Shown here: piece by piece, positions 1 through 8,254 of the stretch | Position numbering within the stretch: the first letter of the stretch is position 1 | Layout: every line of letters starts with the position of its first letter | Assembly (NCBI GenBank): GCA_019057375.1 | Contig: DXJF01000065.1 | Span: forward strand, 1 to 11,474 | DNA length: 11,474 bases | Source: Candidatus Heimdallarchaeota archaeon | GTDB lineage: Archaea; Asgardarchaeota; Heimdallarchaeia; Heimdallarchaeales; Heimdallarchaeaceae | Reading direction: 5' to 3' | Translations under genes and position numbers: made by a program | Notes under the pieces: generated by a model | Databases searched by the model: none | The model's input: the letters and a program-made list of their open reading frames with translations, nothing else | Told to the model about the DNA's origin: nothing

Positions 1-72
1 CTTAAACATAATTCACATAGATCATGTACTATTAAGTAAACATATTTTCACACTACTAAGTTTAACTTAAAC
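1..72 (-). CRISPR. Leader-proximal start of a CRISPR array, truncated by the window edge. Repeat 1 = 44..72 (GTTTAAGTTAAACTTAGTAGTGTGAAAAT, 29 nt), spacer 1 = 8..43 (36 nt), first 7 nt of repeat 2 = 1..7
   Basis: Minus-strand GTTTAAG recurs at 72..66 and 7..1 (period 65 = 29+36, typical of I-B). The repeat has a GTTT start and GAAAAT end like I-B repeats, and lies 100 bp downstream of cas2. Only one full copy is visible, so the 3' boundary is inferred. Confidence 0.75.
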
Positions 73-172
73 CATGCTTACTTTGCCTTGTAATTGATGT
101 TTTTTCTATTCTTATTCTGAGGTTTACAGGTCAACCTCTAATTATGTTTATCCTTTATAAAGGTAGACCTTT
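73..172 (-). promoter_or_regulatory. CRISPR leader with candidate TATA box (TTTATAAA 154..161)
   Basis: AT-rich non-coding stretch between the cas2 stop and repeat 1. Contains palindrome CCTTTATAAAGG (152..163) and two AGGT-NN-ACCT motifs (128..137, 161..170). Confidence 0.7.
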
Positions 173-436
173 TCAAATAATTCTTGTTATTTCTTCTTTT
201 TCTAACCCAATTATTTTTTTGTTCAATAATTTTTTTGTGACGACTTCATACACTATAACCGAGTCTTCCTTCCCATTTATAGTAGATCTAATTGATTTTT
301 CTAAATGTACCATATTTGCTTTATCAATTTCTCCTTCAAAAACTGAATTTTGTATCCAGTTCAAATATTGCTTCAATAGTTTGTGTACTCTATTCACCCT
401 TTCTACTTTTATATCATAGACTACTATTATATACAC
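173..436 (-). CDS. cas2: CRISPR-associated endonuclease Cas2
   Basis: 87 aa; N-terminal YIIVVYDI and WIQNSVFEGE motifs; GTG start with GGTGG RBS 4 nt upstream; 1 nt after the cas1 stop. Confidence 0.97.
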   Translation of the reverse strand: MYIIVVYDIKVERVNRVHKLLKQYLNWIQNSVFEGEIDKANMVHLEKSIRSTINGKEDSVIVYEVVTKKLLNKKIIGLEKEEITRII

Positions 437-437
437 T

Positions 438-1418
438 CTACCACCAAGCTTTCAAACTTGAATACTTCTTATCTTCCATAAATTGCTTTACTAGTTTGTA
501 CCCCTCTAATCTTATCAGATACTGATAACTAACGTTTCTTTTTAGAGTCTTATGCTTAACTGTTGTTTTCAATGTTTTTTCAATTTCTTCTATGAAGATT
601 CTTCTTGACTTATCATTTAGTAGCACACCTATTTCTCTATTAAAGTCCTTCTTGTTTATTTTTCTCCTATTTACTATTCTGAATATAGTTCTATACACAA
701 TTAATGGTTTGAAAATATCTGCAATATCCAAAGATAATGAATACCTTCTCTCGCTTGGTTCGTGAACAAAGGATATTGCAGGATATAAATATGTCTTATG
801 CAATTCTGATATTATTTTACTATAGAGTATTGAGTTCCCAAATGATATCATTGAATTAATTTCATTTTCAGGTGGTCTTTTTGTTCGTTTTTCAAAATTC
901 CAGTTGGGAATTATCTCCTGAAAACAATTATAAAAAATTTCCCAAATTTTTCCTTCATAGCTTCTTAAAGCATAAATATCTGTTACATCTTCAAACTCCT
1001 CAATCTTTTTTATTTTCTCAATATTTTCACCAATATCTTTTTCTTTTTTTAGATAGTAATCTAGTACCCAAAGTATATTATATTTTACTCCCCTAATCAT
1101 TTCTTTTGCAATTTTCAATCTTTTGATTATATTCAAATAATATGCTGCTTGATTTACTACTACAGTTCCAGAGATCAGATTTATTTTAGGTGTTAATGTT
1201 CCTCTGTAATGTCCATATTTCCCAAAGAAATGAACTGGAATTTTCTCTTCCATTAAAATATAAGCTGCACCTGATTTTACTGTAGTTTTTCCAATACAAT
1301 AGATGTCACTAATGCCCTTAATTGGTATATGTTTCTTGATCCTTTCATTTTGAAAGTATATTGTATTATCCTTCCTAAAAATAACTCCCTCTTGTGTAAC
1401 ATAAAGAGCTTCCTTCAT
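438..1418 (-). CDS. cas1: CRISPR-associated integrase Cas1 (type I-B)
   Basis: 326 aa; RKDNTIYF N-terminus, YEG, RRPP-like KRPPENEINSMISFGN, FVHEP and DIADIFKP catalytic motifs; GAGGTGA RBS 4 nt upstream of ATG. Confidence 0.98.
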   Translation of the reverse strand: MKEALYVTQEGVIFRKDNTIYFQNERIKKHIPIKGISDIYCIGKTTVKSGAAYILMEEKIPVHFFGKYGHYRGTLTPKINLISGTVVVNQAAYYLNIIKRLKIAKEMIRGVKYNILWVLDYYLKKEKDIGENIEKIKKIEEFEDVTDIYALRSYEGKIWEIFYNCFQEIIPNWNFEKRTKRPPENEINSMISFGNSILYSKIISELHKTYLYPAISFVHEPSERRYSLSLDIADIFKPLIVYRTIFRIVNRRKINKKDFNREIGVLLNDKSRRIFIEEIEKTLKTTVKHKTLKRNVSYQYLIRLEGYKLVKQFMEDKKYSSLKAWW

Positions 1419-1427
1419 CTAATCACC

Positions 1428-1952
1428 TCAAACCCAGCAAAAAAAGAAATAAGCGCAGTTCGTACAATAAGCTTTTCTTTGCGGTTTTGGTGGTTTTTTA
1501 CTCTCAATTATTCTTCTGATTTCTTCTAAAATTCTTTCAATTTCTTTTCGCAATTCATTTGTTAATTTTACCGCAATTATCTTCCTTTTTTGTGGAATTC
1601 TCAATTTTCCAAATACTTTCTTATTTGTAAGTTGCTCAGTAATGTAAATATAATAAAGAAGCTGATATTTTGCTGGTTCTAATAGCTTATCAGACTTTTT
1701 AATCTCTGAAATTATTATGCTATCTTTCAATTCTACAAAATCGAATTTTACAAAACCAAGAGAGATTTCAGACATTTCTCTTTTATATGAATTTAGATGG
1801 ATCATTTTACCTAATCTAATATTTTCATTTTCTTCATTGAAATCAATTTTTCTTGAAAAATACCATAGTTCCCGATGACATGCCTTGTAGTATTGAACCA
1901 TAACACCAGTTATGATATTATTGTATATTGGAGAGGATTGTTCGCTAATCAT
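1428..1952 (-). CDS. cas4: CRISPR-associated exonuclease Cas4
   Basis: 174 aa; YYKACHR, GKMIH, D..EIKKS, QLLYY and C-terminal CxxCxYxxxC (4-Cys Fe-S cluster); TAATG overlap with the cas3 stop. Confidence 0.96.
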   Translation of the reverse strand: MISEQSSPIYNNIITGVMVQYYKACHRELWYFSRKIDFNEENENIRLGKMIHLNSYKREMSEISLGFVKFDFVELKDSIIISEIKKSDKLLEPAKYQLLYYIYITEQLTNKKVFGKLRIPQKRKIIAVKLTNELRKEIERILEEIRRIIESKKPPKPQRKAYCTNCAYFFFCWV

Positions 1953-4468
1953 TATTCATCACTTACGAAAAATGGACCTCCTTTTGATTTGAAAAATCCA
2001 ATCTCTTCATCATAATAGTTTTTCACTTCTCTTGATGGTATATAGTGAAAACCTTTGAATTCTTCAAGTTTTTTCGCAAAATCGCTACTAATATTTATTG
2101 TGTTCCTATACATTTTGTTTTTAATGTTGAGAAAAGCCTCATTTCTCTTTTTCCAATCTTTGATTTCCCATATCTTCATATATTCTTTCCATAATTTGCT
2201 TGATTCATCATCAGCATCTAAGAAAACTGGTAATTCTTGCATTTTTTTGTTAATCAATTGAAACTTACCTACATCTTCGAAAAACCCTTTCTGGATGCTT
2301 TGTAATAATTGCTCAGATTCCATTTCATCCCCATCTCTAGCAATACTCTGGAAGTATTCATCAACTAATTCAAAAAACTCGTTTTCGTCTAAATTTCCTT
2401 TTTTTTCTAAAATCTGTTTTGTTTTGAATAGAAGAAACGAGTCATATATATAGCTTGAAAAAGTTGTCTTTGATTCAGCCTTTCTGTCATCAACAATATT
2501 GTAGATAATAACTTGTCCCTTCTTCTCCGAATTATTTCTGTTGCATCTTCCTGATGCTTGATTAATAGAATCTAGGGGAGCAAAATCTCTAACTAGAATA
2601 TCTACGTCAATATCAACACCCGCTTCTACTAATTGAGTAGAAACGATGATTACTTTCTCTCCACAATCTAATTTTTGTTTGATCTCTTTAAGTCTCTCTT
2701 CTCGAATTTTTGGTAGAATTTTAGTAGATAAGAAGATACTTTGTACATTTGGAGAAGTTTCTTTTATAGCTTGATAGACTTGAATAGCTTGGTAAATTGT
2801 ATTCATCACAAACAGAAGGCTTGAATCTTTACTATTATTGATTAAACAATTAATGTCTAATAAAAAATCAGACATCTTTATTTTCTCTAGATACAATTTA
2901 ATATGAGTGCGATTGAGTTTCTGGAAGTATTCTTCTTTGTTCGAAACTAATTCTTTAATATTATCTTCTTTTTTGAAAAGCCAAGGTTGAGTTGCAGTCG
3001 CTAATATAACATAAACATTTGTCTTGTTTACAAATTCCTTAATTACTCTTCTTATGACTTCCCAATATTTATGTGGTATTGCTTGAATTTCATCAAGTAT
3101 TATAATTGAATTGTAAATATTATGTGTTTTTCTTATTGCCTTGTTTCTGTTTGAAAAAAGACTATGAAATAATTGAACAAAAGTAGTAATGACTACTCTA
3201 GAATGCCAATCTTCAATTAAAAATTGACTCTGATTCTTGTCATATTCTTCTTCTTCTGTCTTATAAAATACATCAGAGAGGTGATGGTTAATAAGAAATT
3301 CAGATGATTTTATTGTGAAATCTTTTGTATCTAGACTTAAATCTATTTCTTTCCCTCTTAATTTTTGATACTTCTCAGAATCCACTCTTTTATACTTTAG
3401 TAGTCTTTTAATAACAATTGCATTTTGATCTATGATACTCAAAAATGGTAAACAATAGATTATCTTTGGTTCAAATCCTTTCTCTTTTCTAATTTTCTCA
3501 CTCAATCGTATTGCTGCTGAAAGCACAGTAAGTGTCTTACCTGATCCTGTTGGGGCGGTCAGAGTAAATAATTTTGTGTCTGTATCTATTGACTTAATAT
3601 TTTCTAATACTTCTTTATAGATTGAATTCCTAATATAATTGATAGTATCTTCCTTCTCATTTATTGATGGAAACCTGTTATTACGATAGTTGTCAACAAT
3701 ATTCCCCTCAATTTTATCTAAAACAGGTTTATCAAGACCCATTGCGTTAGTCTTATCTGCATCTGTTAATAGGGAAAAAAAGAATAAACTAATGAAATAA
3801 AACTCTGCAGATTTCGTTTTTTTACTCGAATAAAAGAATAAATCCTGGAATTCATCAATTTTATCTAAGATTGTATCAAATCTCTCATTAACTTCTTCAA
3901 CTGATATTTCTATGCCGATTTCACCAGAGATTCTTTTTAATATTTGATTAAAACCGGAATGCAAATTCTTGTTTTGTTTTACTAATCGTTCATGTTGTCT
4001 TCTCGTGATTAAGAATTCATCCTCGATGTTTCCTAAATCACCATGGTGCCTTTTTACACATAAGAAACCGATATACGGTAACCATAAGCTTAACCTTTTC
4101 TCTTGTTCAATTTTTAAATTGTTTACATAGGATTTATCCCTTATTAGCTTATAAAGAGCAGAAAATGTATATACTGCAGATAGTAGACTATGGGTATGTA
4201 GTTTGTTTTGTTTAAGTTTTCTTACAGTTGAATAGTCCTCCTTTTCAGAAGCTTTTAGGTATTCTTGAAAGAATATTGTTGCTTTCCCTAAATCATGTGT
4301 AAGAGTAATAATTTCTATTGTTTTTTTCAAGATATTTTTTGAGAGATTAAAATCTATACTAAGATTGTCAATATATTTTAATGCTTCATCTCTTGTTTCC
4401 AGCAGATGTGATACTAGCAGCTTATTGGGATGTGAAAAAATATTTTCAGAGGAAGCAGATATGTTCAT
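1952..4468 (-). CDS. cas3: Cas3 HD nuclease-SF2 helicase fusion
   Basis: HD motifs (SHP, SHL, HDLGKA, HSLLSA, HHG, DADK) plus helicase motifs APTGSGKT, DEIQ, ATAT, STQLVEAGVDID, QASGRCNR. Start placed at ATG 4468 because GGAGGA lies 7 nt upstream; the ORF track uses 4492. Confidence 0.96.
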   Translation of the reverse strand: MNISASSENIFSHPNKLLVSHLLETRDEALKYIDNLSIDFNLSKNILKKTIEIITLTHDLGKATIFFQEYLKASEKEDYSTVRKLKQNKLHTHSLLSAVYTFSALYKLIRDKSYVNNLKIEQEKRLSLWLPYIGFLCVKRHHGDLGNIEDEFLITRRQHERLVKQNKNLHSGFNQILKRISGEIGIEISVEEVNERFDTILDKIDEFQDLFFYSSKKTKSAEFYFISLFFFSLLTDADKTNAMGLDKPVLDKIEGNIVDNYRNNRFPSINEKEDTINYIRNSIYKEVLENIKSIDTDTKLFTLTAPTGSGKTLTVLSAAIRLSEKIRKEKGFEPKIIYCLPFLSIIDQNAIVIKRLLKYKRVDSEKYQKLRGKEIDLSLDTKDFTIKSSEFLINHHLSDVFYKTEEEEYDKNQSQFLIEDWHSRVVITTFVQLFHSLFSNRNKAIRKTHNIYNSIIILDEIQAIPHKYWEVIRRVIKEFVNKTNVYVILATATQPWLFKKEDNIKELVSNKEEYFQKLNRTHIKLYLEKIKMSDFLLDINCLINNSKDSSLLFVMNTIYQAIQVYQAIKETSPNVQSIFLSTKILPKIREERLKEIKQKLDCGEKVIIVSTQLVEAGVDIDVDILVRDFAPLDSINQASGRCNRNNSEKKGQVIIYNIVDDRKAESKTTFSSYIYDSFLLFKTKQILEKKGNLDENEFFELVDEYFQSIARDGDEMESEQLLQSIQKGFFEDVGKFQLINKKMQELPVFLDADDESSKLWKEYMKIWEIKDWKKRNEAFLNIKNKMYRNTINISSDFAKKLEEFKGFHYIPSREVKNYYDEEIGFFKSKGGPFFVSDE

Positions 4469-5192
4469 CTTTTTTTGTCCTCCAAACTTCATTTTTAGGT
4501 ATAATATTTAATATATCGTTAGCTAACGGGCTCAATATAACATTTTGATATTCCAAAGTTTCTCTTTCTGAATTAATGAATCTAGGAACATTTTCTGTTC
4601 TAATCACTTTGTTTGTCTCAATATTTAATTCTTTAATGTTGGACAACGGAATAACACTTGTTATTCTTACTTCTTTTTCAGTAAGAACTTTGTCAAGACT
4701 CATCTCTTTCACATACCTGAAATCGCAAATTAGATTACTTAGTCCTAAAGCTGGAGTATAATAGCTCTTATGAAACTTTATATTTTCTTTTAGTTTATCA
4801 AAAAGATTCAAATCAGTACAACTAAAGTATACTCTGTACTTTGGGTTCACTAAAAACTGAAAGGGTATCTGTGTATGCTGTTTAAAATAGTTTAGAAATC
4901 TTTCATTTACTAGAGCTTTAGAATTCACTAGATTGATTTTCATAGTAATTTTTTTTACATCACTTTTAATAGAAAGAGCAAGATCGCATTCATCTGGTGA
5001 AAGTATTTTAGGAAATTCATTTCTTTTTATACCTAAAATAGCTCCTATCAAACCTGCAAGAGTGTTTCGTGGTGGAAAGCTAAAAGTTATTGCTGACGTT
5101 GTAGCGAAATTTTGCTTAAAGTGAGCAAAATCTCCCCAAACATCGAAAATTAGAGTTTGCTTTTTCTCTGAAGTAACAGTGTTCATATGCAT
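4446..5192 (-). CDS. cas5: Type I-B Cas5
   Basis: IFDVWGDFAHFK and FPPRNTLAGLIGAILG Cas5 signature; position between cas7 and cas3. Start uncertain (TTG 5195, ATG 5192 or ATG 5186). Confidence 0.94.
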   Translation of the reverse strand: MHMNTVTSEKKQTLIFDVWGDFAHFKQNFATTSAITFSFPPRNTLAGLIGAILGIKRNEFPKILSPDECDLALSIKSDVKKITMKINLVNSKALVNERFLNYFKQHTQIPFQFLVNPKYRVYFSCTDLNLFDKLKENIKFHKSYYTPALGLSNLICDFRYVKEMSLDKVLTEKEVRITSVIPLSNIKELNIETNKVIRTENVPRFINSERETLEYQNVILSPLANDILNIIPKNEVWRTKKDEHICFL

Positions 5193-5209
5193 CAACCACT
5201 TGTTCTTAT

Positions 5210-6157
5210 CTAGAATTCAAATTCATCATAATCAATATCTAGGTCTTTCAAAATTTCCTCTATGCTCTTTTGAGTATCTTCTATAAATATGTGGAGCTTT
5301 GGATTTTCCTTATAACGTATCTTATGAATTTTTGCTTTATTTTTTCCAACTATGTTTACGAAATCAGATGCTTCTAAATGAAAATCATCTAATGAACGAA
5401 TATCTTCTTCATCTTTTATTCTTGGGTTCAGAACAAGTTTGAATGATTTATTCAATTCTCCTATGTGGAAGTTTTCCTCTTGAAAAATGACCTCTATGAG
5501 TAATCTTGGTACTTGACCAAACTTACTTCTTGTAATGAGATTTTCAGTTCCATTCCATATGCTATCCATAAGTACTTCTTTATCACTAGTTGTTAGAGAA
5601 GTATCCATTGCAGCATTTTCATTTATGATTCCATGAAATCCAATAATGGCGTATGGGAGTATATATTCTTCTCGAAATGTTTGCTGTTTTGCTCCTGGTT
5701 TTGATGCAAATGCACCAGTTCCTTTAATGTGTTTAGTTTCTACCCGGTGAAGAGACCGACCCATATTAAATTGAATTGGTCCCGTAAGTGTGATACTCCC
5801 TTTATCTTCACCTTTTTCCTTTTTGTCACTTATAGGGATTGTTCCACCAAACATCCTTACATCAATACACTCAGAGATTATTTTCTCAGGATTATTGCTA
5901 AATTCTTTAGCCCTATCTTTTGCCATAGCAATAGAACCATCTTTTTTTGAAACCTTCCTAACAAAAATTTCTTGTCCTTTGAACTTTAGAATGTAATCCC
6001 GAATAGTTCTTTTTAATCTTACATCAGTTACAAGATTTATCCCGCAGCTTTCATCTATTCTTGGTTTATTACTATCCGCAGGATCTCCATTAGGATTTGC
6101 ATCAGTAATGTCATACAAGAACACTATTTCTGATCTATTTTTAATTATTTCATTCAT
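5210..6157 (-). CDS. cas7: Type I-B Cas7 (Csh2 family)
   Basis: 315 aa; NPNGDP..N.PRID, TDVRLKRTIRDY, DVRMFG and GPIQF motifs of Csh2/Csd2-type Cas7; abuts the cas8b stop. Confidence 0.97.
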   Translation of the reverse strand: MNEIIKNRSEIVFLYDITDANPNGDPADSNKPRIDESCGINLVTDVRLKRTIRDYILKFKGQEIFVRKVSKKDGSIAMAKDRAKEFSNNPEKIISECIDVRMFGGTIPISDKKEKGEDKGSITLTGPIQFNMGRSLHRVETKHIKGTGAFASKPGAKQQTFREEYILPYAIIGFHGIINENAAMDTSLTTSDKEVLMDSIWNGTENLITRSKFGQVPRLLIEVIFQEENFHIGELNKSFKLVLNPRIKDEEDIRSLDDFHLEASDFVNIVGKNKAKIHKIRYKENPKLHIFIEDTQKSIEEILKDLDIDYDEFEF

Positions 6158-6592
6158 TTATTCCACTTCTTTTTTAATTTTATAATATCTAGCAGTATTC
6201 ATGCCTAATACAAAATAAAAACTCAATTCATTATTAGTTGCTTCCCAATTTTCTCCGCTTACAAGAAAATACAAAGACATAAGTTCTTCAATTGATTTGT
6301 AAGCTAATTTGTACTCTCTTAATTTATTTTGGAGTTCAGGGAGAAGTTTAATAATTACTCTTTTATTCATTTTAAACCCATTGAGTTTGTTTATAAATGG
6401 AGTCGATCTGTTTAGCTCAACATATTGTTTGTTGAGAAGGAGCTGTGTTAATACTCCTAAAATAAAAACTGCTTTTATAATGGGTAAATAAAAAAACTCT
6501 TCAAAATCCTCAAAAGTTTTATTTAAACTTTCGACTCTTTTGTCATTACTATAGCTTGTTCTGCTTTCTACCATTTTCTCTTTATCTTTCAT
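6158..6592 (-). CDS. cas11: Probable Cas11 small subunit translated from an internal in-frame start in cas8b (144 aa)
   Basis: In-frame ATG (Met516 of Cas8b) preceded by AAGAGGAAGAAAAAT, nearly identical to the cas8b RBS AAGAGGAAACAAAC. Helical C-terminal domain. Internal Cas11 translation is established for I-B/I-C/I-D systems. Confidence 0.65.
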   Translation of the reverse strand: MKDKEKMVESRTSYSNDKRVESLNKTFEDFEEFFYLPIIKAVFILGVLTQLLLNKQYVELNRSTPFINKLNGFKMNKRVIIKLLPELQNKLREYKLAYKSIEELMSLYFLVSGENWEATNNELSFYFVLGMNTARYYKIKKEVE

Positions 6593-8137
6593 ATTTTTCT
6601 TCCTCTTGGTTTCAATCAAACCTAACTTATTTAGAAACACGAGATATTGAAACATCGAAACAATCTGAAAAGTAGACTGTGAAATTCTTTTCGTTCCCTT
6701 TTGTTGAAACTTAGTAAGCTTTTGTGATTTTGAGAAAGTATCAACCATAATATTGCTTGATAGTGCTGATATATCGTCTATTATTACATTATAGCTTAGT
6801 TTTAATGATTTCAAGATTGATTCTAAAGCTAAAATATATGAGGGATTTGCAATTTTATCTATTTTTGGATACAGATGGTATAAAATTGCTCCGAGATTAA
6901 AATTTTCTCTTTCAAAAATCGAAGACTGTTCAATTAATCTAATATAATCAGCTAGTACACTGAATCTGGAAGGTAATACGTCCTCTATTGTCCCCAAAAT
7001 CTCAATCGAACTTTGAGATTTATGATAGAAAATGAAATTCATCAATGTCTTATGAGAAAGCAAGACACTATTTAATTCCTTATCCCCGAGCATCCTAATT
7101 GTATCGTGTTTTTTAGTATCGAAAATATTCTCGTAAATTGATTCATCCAATCTTATTACTTTTTTTGATTTAAGTCTTTTTTCTCTCTCACTTTGTTCTT
7201 CTAGAGTATTCTCTGTTGCATTCTTCTTCCTGGTAAGAGTAATATTTCTTATTCCTTTCAGTTTCTCAAGATAATTCTCATCGATTAATTGTTCAGTCAA
7301 GAAATAGGGAATAAAGTAATATGGACAATAATTGTTAAATAGTAAATTCAGATTTTTTTCAATAAATTTTTTCCCTAATTCTAAATCTTGGATACAATCT
7401 TCACAAACAGGAAATAATTTCCATGCATTGTTATTATCCATGAATGGAGCAAAACTTCTTTTATCTAGAGTATACCACGAAAATATATCAGAAGCACAAC
7501 CGTAAACTAATGACTTATTTTCATGGCATAAAGTACATATGGCGTTTTGTTTTATTGAGGTTATATTCCATTTGGATTCAAATTTTTCCATTGTTCTCTG
7601 AAGAAAAATCTCTCTAAATACCTTGAAGTCTCTCAAATAAAGTTCTTGATTATTCTTGCAAAAAATTAGTGTAAGAATTATATTACTTTTCTCAGGAAAT
7701 TTAAAATCTGTGACGATTGACGAAATGTCTTCAATTATCTTCTCTGATGAATCCTTTAAGCAAGAGGCAATATTTGTACAAAAAATCCTTGTTTTATCGT
7801 CTAACAGATCATCATTTATTTCTCTCTCAAACCATCCTAGAATAGCATCTTCAAAGTTTTTCTCAATTTTCTTTGAGCTAAACTTCTTTATAGGAGATGG
7901 ATAGGTTTTTACATTACCTTGGTAAAAACGAAGTAACAGCTTATTAGTTATTTCAGGCTTGATTTGTTTAACATTGATTGAATTGTAACTACATTGATTT
8001 TCATTCTTAAGATCGAGTTGAATGTAGATTACGTGAGAATATTGTATATTGTCAATGAAGATGTCTATTGGATTCTTGAACTCTTCCGAGTTTATACTTT
8101 TTATAGAATTTCCTAAGTTCCTTACAGCTTGTATCAA
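6158..8137 (-). CDS. cas8b: Type I-B large subunit Cas8b (Csh1/TM1802-like)
   Basis: 659 aa, TTG start with GAGG RBS; CTLC...CEDC zinc finger, YTLDKRSF and EDVLPSR-type motifs; position between cas6 and cas7. Confidence 0.92.
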   Translation of the reverse strand: MIQAVRNLGNSIKSINSEEFKNPIDIFIDNIQYSHVIYIQLDLKNENQCSYNSINVKQIKPEITNKLLLRFYQGNVKTYPSPIKKFSSKKIEKNFEDAILGWFEREINDDLLDDKTRIFCTNIASCLKDSSEKIIEDISSIVTDFKFPEKSNIILTLIFCKNNQELYLRDFKVFREIFLQRTMEKFESKWNITSIKQNAICTLCHENKSLVYGCASDIFSWYTLDKRSFAPFMDNNNAWKLFPVCEDCIQDLELGKKFIEKNLNLLFNNYCPYYFIPYFLTEQLIDENYLEKLKGIRNITLTRKKNATENTLEEQSEREKRLKSKKVIRLDESIYENIFDTKKHDTIRMLGDKELNSVLLSHKTLMNFIFYHKSQSSIEILGTIEDVLPSRFSVLADYIRLIEQSSIFERENFNLGAILYHLYPKIDKIANPSYILALESILKSLKLSYNVIIDDISALSSNIMVDTFSKSQKLTKFQQKGTKRISQSTFQIVSMFQYLVFLNKLGLIETKRKKNMKDKEKMVESRTSYSNDKRVESLNKTFEDFEEFFYLPIIKAVFILGVLTQLLLNKQYVELNRSTPFINKLNGFKMNKRVIIKLLPELQNKLREYKLAYKSIEELMSLYFLVSGENWEATNNELSFYFVLGMNTARYYKIKKEVE

Positions 8138-8178
8138 GTTTGTTTCCTCTTAAGGTTGTTTTCGATAATGTATTGTGT

Positions 8179-8187
8179 TTTATAAAA
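8179..8187 (-). promoter_or_regulatory. Candidate internal TATA box (TTTTATAAA) for cas8b-cas2
   Basis: Lies in the 117-bp cas6-cas8b gap about 30 nt upstream of the cas8b RBS, a spacing compatible with an archaeal promoter. No experimental support. Confidence 0.45.
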
Positions 8188-8254
8188 GAATTGGAAATCA
8201 ATGAAAATAGTCAAAATCAGTTGCTTTTTTACAATAATTCAATTTATTAGCTTA

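Noticed and set aside
8-43. Self-targeting of spacer 1 within the window
   Set aside because: No matching stretch noticed by eye on either strand; not exhaustively searched.
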